Both the position numbers and the translations under genes were made by a program. From Candidatus Hydrogenedentota bacterium (GTDB lineage: Bacteria; Hydrogenedentota; Hydrogenedentia; Hydrogenedentales; SLHB01), in contig CAXXTH010000014.1 of NCBI GenBank assembly GCA_963668025.2, positions 64,001-128,000 of the forward strand: a DNA stretch of 64,000 nt, read 5' to 3'. Positions 40,187 through 49,616 of this stretch are shown here, piece after piece. The notes beneath the pieces were generated by a model. That model was not told the DNA's origin and searched no databases. It worked only from the letters and a program-made list of their open reading frames with translations. The first letter of the stretch is position 1. Every line of letters starts with the position of its first letter.

Positions 40187-40264
40187 TGGTCGGGGTGAGA
40201 GGATTCGAACCTCCGGCCTCTTCGTCCCGAACGAAGCGCGCTAACCGGGCTGCGCTACACCCCG
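40187..40264 (-). tRNA. tRNA-Pro (anticodon CGG)
   Basis: Minus strand CGGGGTGTAGCGCAGCCCGGTTAGCGCGCTTCGTTCGGGACGAAGAGGCCGGAGGTTCGAATCCTCTCACCCCGACCA folds as a cloverleaf with encoded CCA. Confidence 0.97.
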
Positions 40265-40337
40265 ACGTGGAAGCGAATCATACCTGTGGCATCGGTTGCT
40301 TGTCAACTTTTTAACGCCTTCCGGTATTGCCGCATCT

Positions 40338-41777
40338 TCATATGCGCAAGGTGTTGCGAATAAAGGCTATATCGTAGAGGCCGAAGGCCCATGCGGCGGC
40401 GGCGTAGAGGAATGCGCCCAGGGAAACGGTGCAAGCCAGGGGCGCATCGCGGAAGGCCCATAGTCCGCAGGCCATGATGAGGGCCGCCAGCATGGGGCGG
40501 AGGAGCGCGCCACGCAGGAATTTCATGATGGATGCGCCGGGCAGCATCCAGCGCAGGGAGGCCATCATGCCGAGGGTGGTCCAGGCCGCGAATGCGGCGT
40601 TGAGGGCCAGGAGTCCCGGGATATCCCAGCGGGGTATCGCCCACAGGCAGAGGACGGCTTTGAGGGCCACGCCGCTGCCGTATATGCCCAGGGGGATGCC
40701 TTGCCGGCGCTGGGCGCGGGCGAATTCGATGAGGCCCCGGTTGAGCATCTCGATGGCCATGAACGCCGTGAGGGCGGCCACGGCGGGGACGCTGGGCAGG
40801 TAGCGTTCGCCGCAGAGGGTGGCCACGGCCGGTTTCGCCAGGACAATCATCCCGGCGGCCATGGGCAGGCCGAAGGACGCGAAGGTGCGGACGGCGCGTT
40901 CGAGGGCGGCGCATTGGTTCTCCGCACTTTCACGCGCGGTGCGGCTCAGGACAGGATACAGCACGGCGGCGAAGATGTCGGCGATGGGCGCGAGGAGGAG
41001 GTAGAACCGGATGGCGATGGCGTAGTAACCGGGGGAATCGGGCGCGCCGAAGGCGGTGAGCAGGGGCAGGTCCATGGCGCAGGCCGCCGTGGCGGCGAGT
41101 CCTCCGAGTGCGATGGGCCAGCCTTGGCGGAGGAGATAGGCGCATGGGGCCATGGCGAGGCGCATGGGCGTCGCGCCAGCGATGCGCCGGACGGCGCACC
41201 AGGATAATCCCAGATGGACGGCGTAGACGGGGAGCATCCATGCCACAAGGCCTTGCGCGCCCACGCCGGCGTAGAGCAACAGCAAGGAGCCCAGCACGAG
41301 GGCCGTGCGGAGCAGCATGTTGAGGATGCTGATGGCGTAAAAATGGCCGTGGGCCGCCAAGATAGCGTGCTGCATGCGGCCCCAGGTCCATAGGGCCACG
41401 GCGGGCGCGCCGATGAGGAGGACGCGCCCTAATCCCGCCTCGAAGCCCAATGCAGGCGCGCCGGCCCAGAGTACGGTAACAAGAACAGCGGCGATGCCCG
41501 CTTGCAGCAGCAAGGCGGGCGCGTAGAGGAGAGCGGCCCGGCTGCGCCGCTGGGCCACATCGCGCACGAGGACATCGTAGAGGCCTGCATTCGTGAAGAC
41601 CGTGAACAGGGGAAACAGGGCGATAAAGGTGCTATACCAGGCATTCTCCTCGATGCTGAGGCGGCGTGAGACATAGCTGAAGAGAATGAGGGTCAGGACT
41701 TTTTGCACGGCTTCGGCGGCGAGCAGCCAGAGTACGCTGCGCGCGTGGCGGCTAGATTCGGCTGGTTCCGCGCCCAT
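40338..41777 (-). CDS. Polysaccharide flippase (Wzx/RfbX family)
   Basis: Many TM helices; SRRLSIEE, GL..VLVRDVA, GYYAIA..F, VLYPVLSR; 2 nt from the sugar transferase stop. Confidence 0.88.
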   Translation of the reverse strand: MGAEPAESSRHARSVLWLLAAEAVQKVLTLILFSYVSRRLSIEENAWYSTFIALFPLFTVFTNAGLYDVLVRDVAQRRSRAALLYAPALLLQAGIAAVLVTVLWAGAPALGFEAGLGRVLLIGAPAVALWTWGRMQHAILAAHGHFYAISILNMLLRTALVLGSLLLLYAGVGAQGLVAWMLPVYAVHLGLSWCAVRRIAGATPMRLAMAPCAYLLRQGWPIALGGLAATAACAMDLPLLTAFGAPDSPGYYAIAIRFYLLLAPIADIFAAVLYPVLSRTARESAENQCAALERAVRTFASFGLPMAAGMIVLAKPAVATLCGERYLPSVPAVAALTAFMAIEMLNRGLIEFARAQRRQGIPLGIYGSGVALKAVLCLWAIPRWDIPGLLALNAAFAAWTTLGMMASLRWMLPGASIMKFLRGALLRPMLAALIMACGLWAFRDAPLACTVSLGAFLYAAAAWAFGLYDIAFIRNTLRI

Positions 41778-41779
41778 GC

Positions 41780-43135
41780 CTAACGCGCCCCGCGCCCGGT
41801 GGCGACTGTACGTATGGTGGCGAAGAGGATGCGCAGGTCCGCCGCGAGTGAAGCGCTGTTGAGATATAGCAAGTCGTAGCGGAGCTTCTGGGTGTAATCC
41901 ATGTCGTAACGTCCATGGATCTGTGCAAGGCCTGTCAGGCCCGGCTTCACGAGGAGGCGGCGCTCATACAGGGGATTCTCGGTGATGAAGCGGGCGGCGA
42001 ATTCGGGGCGTTCCGGCCGGGGGCCCACCAAGCTCATATCGCCGCGCAGCACATTCCAAAGCTGGGGGATCTCGTCCATGCGATACCGCCGCAAGAAATG
42101 CCCCGCGCGCGTGATGCGGGGATCGTCCGTCTGCGCCAGCAAAGGGCCGCTCCCGTTTTCCGCGCCGTCGTTCATGGTGCGGAACTTATAGATGCGGAAG
42201 GCGCGCCCATGCAACCCCAGCCGTTCCTGGGAATACAGGATTGGCGGGCCGCTATCAAACCGCACAAATAACGCCGCCAACAGCGCCGCGGGTGAAAGCA
42301 GGACCATCCCTCCTATCGCCGCCGCGATATCGAGCGCACGTTTCCCCAAACGGTAATGGCCCATGGCGTCGGGATTCAGGGAGATGAGTGGCGTCTGGGC
42401 CAGGCTCGCCACGCGGGTGTGCAGGAGAAGCGGCAAGCCTAACTCGGGATACAAATAGGCCTCGATCCCCCGCGTATCGCATGTGGACAGAAGCTGGTGA
42501 AGCCTGGCCTGCGGCAAATCGCCCGAGACCAGCACGATGGCGTCGACGCGGGTATTGGCCAGTGCATCGGCGGCTTCCAGCGCGTCCCATGGGGCCGACA
42601 GCTCCATCAATTTTGGCGCATGAGACTGCATTTCACGCATCAATGCGCGGGACTGCCCGGCGGGCCCGATGACCGCCACACGCACGCGGTATCCCGTCCG
42701 CCGCAGCCACGCCAGCACGATGGCCCGCGAACAGATGAACCATGCGGCCAGCAACACGGCGTCCGCCGGTGCCGCCAGACGGGACAGATGGTTGGCGGGC
42801 GTATAATACAATCGAATAAGCGCCAGGGCGATATAGCCGCACGCCACGCCCGCTATAGCAGCGCCTAGCCCTGAAAACGCATGCTCCGCCAGCGTGAGGC
42901 GATGGCGAAAATCGTAAAGGCCGCAACGTTCCGCGAAGAACAGGCGGATCAACACGGAAACCGGCAGGCAGACGCCATATAGGCGGATATGCTCTTCTGG
43001 CGGCATGCCTCCGAAACGCAGCAACAGCGCACCCGCCATGCAGGCCATCATGGCGGCCACATCACACGCCGCCAGCATTGCCTCCCGGCGCACGGCGGGC
43101 GGGCGCTGTATGATGCGCAAATCAGAAGAATGCAT
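41780..43135 (-). CDS. Polyprenyl-phosphate glycosylphosphotransferase (WcaJ/WbaP-type initiating transferase)
   Basis: KRALDI, YKFRTM, DDPRIT, DEIPQLWNVLRGDMSLVGPRPE, KPGLTGLAQ. Confidence 0.93.
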   Translation of the reverse strand: MHSSDLRIIQRPPAVRREAMLAACDVAAMMACMAGALLLRFGGMPPEEHIRLYGVCLPVSVLIRLFFAERCGLYDFRHRLTLAEHAFSGLGAAIAGVACGYIALALIRLYYTPANHLSRLAAPADAVLLAAWFICSRAIVLAWLRRTGYRVRVAVIGPAGQSRALMREMQSHAPKLMELSAPWDALEAADALANTRVDAIVLVSGDLPQARLHQLLSTCDTRGIEAYLYPELGLPLLLHTRVASLAQTPLISLNPDAMGHYRLGKRALDIAAAIGGMVLLSPAALLAALFVRFDSGPPILYSQERLGLHGRAFRIYKFRTMNDGAENGSGPLLAQTDDPRITRAGHFLRRYRMDEIPQLWNVLRGDMSLVGPRPERPEFAARFITENPLYERRLLVKPGLTGLAQIHGRYDMDYTQKLRYDLLYLNSASLAADLRILFATIRTVATGRGAR

Positions 43136-43305
43136 AATCGAGTGCCCCCGGTTTCGACTTCCATATGGTATGCTAGTGGCAATGCGCCCCACAATCAAGC
43201 GAAGGGACCAGGGAGAGTTGCATTTGAAAAGAGTGAAGGAAACAGCCACAGAGGACATAACCACAAAAATAGTATTACATATATTTTTACACAAACATAA
43301 ATTTA

Positions 43306-44193
43306 TTATTTAAATGGCGAACACGCTGGAGCTGAGATGGATTTTGATGTTCTCCATCTGGAGATATCTATGGAATCCGTGTCCAGATAAACGGTTCCAT
43401 GCCTTAGTTTCGCGGTTCCCGCGGCATTGGTGATATAGGTTTCCGTCCGCTGGCTTCCCGTTGCTTCATTGACCTTGCTTCCAAGATATTTCCAATCCGC
43501 ATCGGCCTGATCATGGCCATTCAATTCCGCACACATTATATGCACAAAACAGATATCACCATTTGATCGGTTCAGCGAATAACATGCGATCAAATGCCAT
43601 CCCGAATGGCCATTGTGGCTTTCGCCTCCTTTGCCAGGGCGAATAGTAGTCTTTACCTCCAATCCGGCAAGACATTTGCCATTTTCGGTCTTGTAGACAA
43701 GATCCGGATACCTCTGGTCATGATTATGTTTATATGAAGAAAAACGCGAGAGAGAATCACAAAGAATATTCGATACAATACCACCGAAATTATTACCCTG
43801 TATGAACGCGGAAAGTGGCCGTCCAGAAACACGGCGCAAGGTTGTATTTAGCAAATGCACCATATAATGCGTTTCATTCAAAGCTGTCTCTATTTGTGAA
43901 ACCATTAGCATCGGCGGTAATAGAGGGCCGCTAATAAAGAAGCTTGGCTTAACCGCTGGCGCCTCATTATGGTTGGTGTATGCGCGTTCAACAATGATCG
44001 GAATATCCATGTCGAGTGCTTTTGCCAATGCATCCAAAACACCTATCGTAAAATTCTCTTTCCCATTCTCAACGGAGGAAAGATATTGATACGTGATGCC
44101 TGCCCGCTCCGCAAGCCGCTCCTGCGACAAACCCGCAGTTTCTCGCAATTGGCGTATTACCCGCCCTATAATAGCTTTAGAATCGCCACCCAT
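43306..44193 (-). CDS. XRE-family HTH (controller-like) fused to a PD-(D/E)xK type II restriction endonuclease
   Basis: N-terminal IRQLRETAGLSQERLAERAGITYQYLSSVENGKEN; C-terminal RYPDL...GLEVK; divergent from a DNA methyltransferase; lower GC than flanks. Confidence 0.82.
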   Translation of the reverse strand: MGGDSKAIIGRVIRQLRETAGLSQERLAERAGITYQYLSSVENGKENFTIGVLDALAKALDMDIPIIVERAYTNHNEAPAVKPSFFISGPLLPPMLMVSQIETALNETHYMVHLLNTTLRRVSGRPLSAFIQGNNFGGIVSNILCDSLSRFSSYKHNHDQRYPDLVYKTENGKCLAGLEVKTTIRPGKGGESHNGHSGWHLIACYSLNRSNGDICFVHIMCAELNGHDQADADWKYLGSKVNEATGSQRTETYITNAAGTAKLRHGTVYLDTDSIDISRWRTSKSISAPACSPFK

Positions 44194-44248
44194 AGAGCGG
44201 AATAATAGCACTTGACAAAAAGCATGTCTTTCAACTATAGTCGAAATC
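44194..44248. promoter_or_regulatory. 55-bp divergent promoter/operator region of the R-M system
   Basis: + strand TTGACA (44212) and TATAGT (44236), 7 nt before the MTase ATG; - strand TGcTATTAT 8 nt before the C-REase ATG; palindromes ACTATAGT (44234-41) and GACA-N7-TGTC (44214-28). Confidence 0.6.
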
Positions 44249-45187
44249 ATGGGCAAGGTTACGTTAATATCCGGTGATTGTTTGCTGGAGTTGAGCAAGC
44301 TTGAGCCTGACTCGATTCATGCCATATGCACGGATCCGCCATACGGGATGGTCGAGTTTTCAGAAGAAGAAATGGCGAAGCTCAGGGCGAAGCGGGGAGG
44401 GATCTGGAGGCTGCCGCCCAAATGGGATGGCTGCGAACGGAATCCGCTTCCACGCTTTACGGTATTATCCACCGAACAAAAAAAAGATATTGAACGTTTT
44501 TTTTGCCACTGGGCAAAGATAGTATTCTCGAAAATGCGGCCAGGCGGCCATGTATTGATAGCCAGCAATCCTATTCTCCAAATGTATGTTCAAAATGCCC
44601 TAGTTTCCTTAGGATTCGAAAATAGAGCCACGATTTTACGCTTGTATAATGGCTTCAGGGGTGGAGACAAACCGAAAAACGCGGAAGTGGAATTCGCGGG
44701 CGTATGTGTGACGCCGAAAGGCAAATATGAGCCATGGCTCTTGTTTCGAAAACCTATTTCGGAAAAAACCGTCGCGCAGAATTTACGGAAATGGGGAACA
44801 GGCGGATTGCGCATGCTCGCGGGGGGGAAACCCGTGCCTGATGTTATCGCCAGCTTCAAAACGCCTGCATTGGAACGTCGCATCGCGGAACATCCGTCCC
44901 TGAAACCTCAACATTTGTTGAGAATTTTTGTGCGCGCATTATTGCCTTTAGGCGAAGGCATCGTGCTAGATCCGTTCATGGGTGCTGGCTCCACCCTTGC
45001 GGCAGCTACAAATCTTGGTGTCGATACCATCGGAATGGAGATTGATCCCACATTTTTTGCAATAGCGGAACGGGCTATTCCTTTGCTTGCCGCACTTTAT
45101 CCTGGAATGAACGGTGAAAACATGGAATGGCAAGAAACAGATGAAAGGCATACGAACTGCCAAGAACAGATGTCTCTTTTGGAATAA
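44249..45187 (+). CDS. Site-specific amino-DNA methyltransferase (N6-A/N4-C), beta class
   Basis: Motif IV TDPPY precedes HPSLKP and motif I LDPFMGAGST. Confidence 0.93.
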   Translation: MGKVTLISGDCLLELSKLEPDSIHAICTDPPYGMVEFSEEEMAKLRAKRGGIWRLPPKWDGCERNPLPRFTVLSTEQKKDIERFFCHWAKIVFSKMRPGGHVLIASNPILQMYVQNALVSLGFENRATILRLYNGFRGGDKPKNAEVEFAGVCVTPKGKYEPWLLFRKPISEKTVAQNLRKWGTGGLRMLAGGKPVPDVIASFKTPALERRIAEHPSLKPQHLLRIFVRALLPLGEGIVLDPFMGAGSTLAAATNLGVDTIGMEIDPTFFAIAERAIPLLAALYPGMNGENMEWQETDERHTNCQEQMSLLE

Positions 45188-45326
45188 TAAATGGGTTCAT
45201 CCATTCCATATTGCACAGGGTTCACAAGTGATGCAACATGGAAAAGCCTGTCTGTGCGGGGAAAAAAACTGCCGTTCTTGAGTAGGCGCAATAACCTACG
45301 GTTGAGGCAGATGACTCAAAATGTGT

Positions 45327-45674
45327 CTATTCTTCGAATGATTCTCTTGCAGTAGAAGGGCTATTGGGGCCGTTAGGTCCATGCGGCCCTTTTTCATCTC
45401 CTCCTATGAAGGAGAGAAGCAGCATCAGCACCACGACCCCAGCAAGCGCCAGCATGGTCTCACGGCGCGTAAAATACGAACAAAACGTCCTCCAGTGGGT
45501 AATCAGGTGAAACAAGCCCGCTATGGCGAACGCCAGCCCGATCCATTCGTGAAAACCTTTGATATAGGGAAGGCGAAGCTCGAACAGCATCATGATGCCG
45601 GTTATCGCCACAACTATAAACGTCCATACTGTAATGGGCGTAATCCATGCCCGCCACTTGCTCATATCAACCAT
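45327..45674 (-). CDS. DUF4405-like small membrane protein
   Basis: Three TM helices; ITGIMM..HEWIG..FHL..HW pattern. Confidence 0.7.
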   Translation of the reverse strand: MVDMSKWRAWITPITVWTFIVVAITGIMMLFELRLPYIKGFHEWIGLAFAIAGLFHLITHWRTFCSYFTRRETMLALAGVVVLMLLLSFIGGDEKGPHGPNGPNSPSTARESFEE

Positions 45675-45755
45675 CGAGCAATTCCTTTCCTCAGTTTTGG
45701 TTTTGGCTTCCAACCTAAGCCATCTACAAATTAGTATCGCATTCCACCAACAATG

Positions 45756-46107
45756 TTACAAGATTGGACAAGATCGCAACGATTCTTCATAAAGCCAAAC
45801 CTGCTTCAGTTGGCAAAGTGTCACAAAAAATCTTGTAAATCCTGTCAAAAAATCTCCCATTAACGGCGGTTTGCCATGTATTCACGGTTATTCGCATCTA
45901 TTCGCGGTTTAAAAAAACAACCTAATGTCTTTACTCCAGATGGCTAAAGTGTAACGAAGTTTTATTGCAGGTATGTCGCGCTTTAAACGGTTGCATTCTT
46001 TGTGGCTTCGCGGCTTGCGTGAAATAGATGAGTAAGGCTGGCGCGCTGTAATACCAACAGAAATTCCATTCGATTGATACGCACGCAAAGCCGCCAAGAA
46101 CACAAAG
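45756..46107. repeat. Cluster of short, internally periodic REP-like inverted repeats
   Basis: TTACAAGATTGGACAAGAT (45756-74) vs AATCTTGTAAATCCTGTCAA (45829-48); ATTCACGGTTATTCGCATCTATTCGCGGTT (45880-909); CTTTGTGGCTTCGCGGCTTGCGTGA (45998-46022) vs GCACGCAAAGCCGCCAAGAACACAAAG (46081-107). Confidence 0.55.
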
Positions 46108-46165
46108 GTAAACGAGAATAAACAATGCTATGTCGTTACATTGGGTTGTGGTCAACGCTCACGTC

Positions 46166-47963
46166 GGGTGTGCGTCCCAATTGTGCTTTCATGCGGCATC
46201 TTTCCTAGCTCTGTCGGCCCAGAAGTCTTCGAAGTCTCTGTTCAAGAAGGCGCATCGTAGCGTAATGATCTTGTTTGCACCGTTGACCGTCCATCTCATT
46301 CCGGACTGCTTGAGCCGTTTTCCTACAACATTTTTGCAGCCGGCCTCTATGACGCCGGAGCCGACGAACAGTTTTTGTTCCCGGAATTCGGCATAGCGCA
46401 TCATGTGGGCGCGGCTGCCCAGATACAGAAAATGTTCCCAGGCCGCCTTGCCGTCATCGTCGTGGCTGGGCATGTGTGGCCGCAGTAGCTCCAGGGCCTG
46501 CGCGGCCTCTCCCTGCCGCACGAGTTCGCTGAGGCTTTGGCGCATCCGCATCCCCAGCTCAGTGGTCTTCCCAAAGAGCAGCGCGCACAACAGCGCCAGG
46601 TGTTCCAGTGCGTGATACAGGTCGAGGATGTGAACGGCCCCGGGGAAGTAGTCGGCGGCGATGTTCGCTATCCATTGCGCGCCGTCGGAAAGGACCACCA
46701 CCTTTTGCGCGCGTTCCAGTCCACGGCGCTGGGCTTCGGCGAAGATGCGGCCTGCAAAGGCTTCGGCGTTTTCCACGGCGCCGGAAAAGGTGGTGCTGCC
46801 GGGGTCGCGCACCGGCTCCCCCTTCTCGTCCGTGCTGGTTTGTGTGAAGACGCATCCGATTTTGGCCTCACGGGTTTTGGCGGATCCGTCTTGCGCCTTT
46901 CCCTTGCGCCCGTCCGTTTCGGACTTGACGACGGGAACCCCCGTGCCGTCCATTTCGATGTACAGGACGGGAATCTCATCGCCGGTGCTGGGCTGCGCGG
47001 GGTTTGACGGATGCCCGCGCCGCTGCTTTTCCCACGCGGCCACGTCCGCTCCCGTCTGCTCGCTGGACCGCTCGCAGTCCTTGGCGCTCACGCTGATGCC
47101 CGCCAGTTCTTTTAGATCCCCGGCGGCGTCCGCGAAGCTTTCCCGCGCGCCAAGGCGCGCCGTCATTCGCCTGACGCCGGGCGAACGCGAAGTGCCCGCG
47201 ACATCCAGCAGTTCGTCCGCTGGATAGGCGGTGGCCCCGCATGGGCAGCGGTACATCGCGCGCTCCTGCGTGACGTTCCCCAGAATGGTCGTGATGCGCC
47301 TGGCCCGCATGCCCGCGCGGCGCATGGGATGGCCGCACAGCGGGCACGCATGCTCCTGGCCCTGGACAATGGCGTTTGCCTTGTCGAACAGGACGGCCAG
47401 CGTCTTTCCCGCGCCTTCCAGGGCGGCGGTGCGGATGAGTTTCTCCGTTGCTTCAAAGTCCACGCCGCGGTCCCGGCGGACTAGCGCCAGCGCCCGCGAC
47501 ATTTCCGCGGACCTTTCCAGTTCGACTAGAGCCCTTTTTTTTGCCGCTCGTGGGCGGCCTCCTTGTCGCGCTCAAGCTCTCCGAGCTGTTGTGTCAGCTC
47601 GCAAAAGCGTTCGGCGAGTTCGTGAATACGCTTGCTGTTGTCCGTCTGTTCACGGGCGCGCCGCACGTCCTCGGGACTTCGCAGCCGCTGCCGCCGGGGC
47701 TTTCCCTGCTCGTACCACTGCAGGGAGTAATAAGGTCCCCGTTCCACGGCCTCCGGCATGTCCTTGCGTGTGCCCTTGACCATTTGCTCCGACACGCCGC
47801 CCGGGTGGGCGCTTCGAATGGCGCGCATCTGCCCCAAAATACATTCCCGTTGCGCTTCAATCGTCTCAATGTTCATGGCGGCCTCCATTTGTGTCTATAC
47901 AGACACAAAATTATACCGCAAAAAACATCTGGACGCAACGAAACACAATCATGGCGCACACCC
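46166..47963 (-). mobile_element. ISKra4-family insertion sequence (1798 bp)
   Basis: Imperfect TIRs GGGTGTGCGTCCCAATTGTG / GGGTGTGCGCCATGATTGTG; 9-bp target duplication GCTCACGTC (46157-65 and 47964-72). Confidence 0.93.
46189..47876 (-). CDS. ISKra4 transposase; upstream ORF (47526-47876) probably fused to the main ORF by a -1 frameshift
   Basis: IEMDGT, LSDGAQWI, LDLYHA, GSGVIEAGCK, RLKQSGMRW; CxxC..CxC zinc motif; A8G slippery run at 47535-47542, with the -1 frame open into the main ORF. Confidence 0.88.
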
Positions 47964-48246
47964 GCTCACGTCAGATCTCTTGCGAATTTCAACACGCTGT
48001 GGCAGACTAATCCCACCGGGCGAAACGGAGGCCGGCCCTGCTGGCGAGCAACCGGCCCTCTCACGCCCCCAAACACTCATCGGATTGATAGACCGCCTAT
48101 GCCTCAAAAAACGCACACTTGAACCAATGGCTACGACCGACTGTAGCCGCTTAAAAAATCGGGGATTGTCCATTTCCCGCTGAACCGGCGCCGGAGGAAT
48201 ATAAGGATGATAAAATCAGGCCTGTTGCCATTTCTATTGTTTTTAC

Positions 48247-49616
48247 GGGTGCTCCCTCAATATGATAACCTCAATTGACCCCGTGGCGGGCCACGTGTTG
48301 CCAGAACTGGTCCCAACGGCCCTCGGTCATCTCCAGCGACCTGAGCGCGATCACCGCGCTCGCGCCCGCTTCCTTCCACCGCATCCCGGAGCATGCCAGG
48401 CGTTGCTTGATCAGCGTCTTGCACGCCGCCTCCGTCACTCCGCTGCCGATGGGAAGGCGCTCCGCCGTGTGCCGCCAGTATTGCATCTTCGAGCGGTGAT
48501 TGCCGAAGTAGGTGATCGCCTTGCCGAGTTCCTCGCGGCAAGCCTGGGCGCGCACGCTTGGCAAGCTCGCCTTCATCTCCTCCAGCAAGCGTCCGGCTGC
48601 GCCCCTCGTGTGCTTCAGCCGGTGACTCCAGTCCGCCTCCCACTCCCGGCGGCGCGCGCCATGACCGTGAATCGCCTCCGCCGCCTTCCCCACGTATTCC
48701 CGCGCGTGATAGAAATCCAGCATCTGCCGGTCCGTGCGCGGCGTCAAAAACTTCCAGTTGTCCGGCGCGCCGTCGGCCAGGCCGATATACAGCGCCGCCG
48801 GGTGCCTCGCCCTCACGCGCTCCACCTCGCGGCCGAAGCGCTCGAGGAAAGTCTGCTTGCCGTACTCGGGCGATGCGCCCGCGTAGATCGTGTGCAGCCG
48901 CTCCCCGTCCTTGTCGTACAGGCTGATGGACCCGCACATCGCCTGACGCCAGCCGTCCTCCCTGAGCAGCATGCAGGTGCCGTCCAGGCCCACGGCCACC
49001 GACGCGACCGGCCTGTCCAATTCCGGCAGCTCGTACTCCCACGTCTCCTCCCTGGCCTGCGCCAGGGCGCCCACAAAATCGCCGATCTTCTTCACATAGT
49101 CGCGCGAGATTGCGCGGCCTGTCGACTCGAGCAGGTCGCGGCGCATGACATCGGCGCCCATGCGGGAGTATTTTCCGCTGACGATCCGGGCGTAGCGCGG
49201 CGTGGCGTTCATGACCATTCGCGCGTCCCGCTCCAGCGGGCAGAAGGTGCGCCCGCCCGTGGCGGTGTTCTGGTAGACGTGCCGCTCGACGCGGACCGGG
49301 CCGTGGGGCGTCTCGTAGGTCTGGCCGAAGCGCCCCTTGGTTTTGAAGGTGGTGGCGCCGACGCGGATGGGCGAGCCGTCTGTGTCGAAACGGGCCAGGG
49401 CCTCGGCCATGACTGCGCGCCCCACCCCGTTCAGGGCCTCCTGGACCGCCTCCTCCATATCGAGCATCGAACCACGCAGCCTCAGCGAGAAACTCACCTC
49501 GAACGTGTCGCCGTCGCGCCTTGTCACCATCGCTGCCATCGGTCTTCCTCCGTTAAGGGTCCGGCATACTTATCGACCCGACACGAGGATTTCTTTAGCA
49601 TTCTGCGGGAACACCC
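48247..49616 (-). mobile_element. Second ISKra4-family insertion sequence (1370 bp)
   Basis: TIRs GGGTGCTCCCTCAATATG / GGGTGTTCCCGCAGAATG; 8-bp target duplication GTTTTTAC (48239-46 and 49617-24). Confidence 0.93.
48271..49539 (-). CDS. ISKra4 transposase
   Basis: VGLDGT, LADGAPDNW, LDFYHA, PIGSGVTEAACK, RLACSGMRW; SD GGAGG. Confidence 0.94.
   Translation of the reverse strand: MAAMVTRRDGDTFEVSFSLRLRGSMLDMEEAVQEALNGVGRAVMAEALARFDTDGSPIRVGATTFKTKGRFGQTYETPHGPVRVERHVYQNTATGGRTFCPLERDARMVMNATPRYARIVSGKYSRMGADVMRRDLLESTGRAISRDYVKKIGDFVGALAQAREETWEYELPELDRPVASVAVGLDGTCMLLREDGWRQAMCGSISLYDKDGERLHTIYAGASPEYGKQTFLERFGREVERVRARHPAALYIGLADGAPDNWKFLTPRTDRQMLDFYHAREYVGKAAEAIHGHGARRREWEADWSHRLKHTRGAAGRLLEEMKASLPSVRAQACREELGKAITYFGNHRSKMQYWRHTAERLPIGSGVTEAACKTLIKQRLACSGMRWKEAGASAVIALRSLEMTEGRWDQFWQHVARHGVN

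Noticed and set aside
40187-40215. tRNA-Pro 3' end as an integration site for the leftward region
   Set aside because: No integrase and no duplicated tRNA 3' fragment was seen in the window by eye.
47980-48000. TTTCAACACGCTG as the end of another IS
   Set aside because: No matching opposite end or transposase fragment was found nearby.
48262-49616. 782-aa + strand ORF as a genuine gene
   Set aside because: Its first ~450 codons are the antisense of the ISKra4 transposase; only the 3' part belongs to the interrupted secreted-protein gene.
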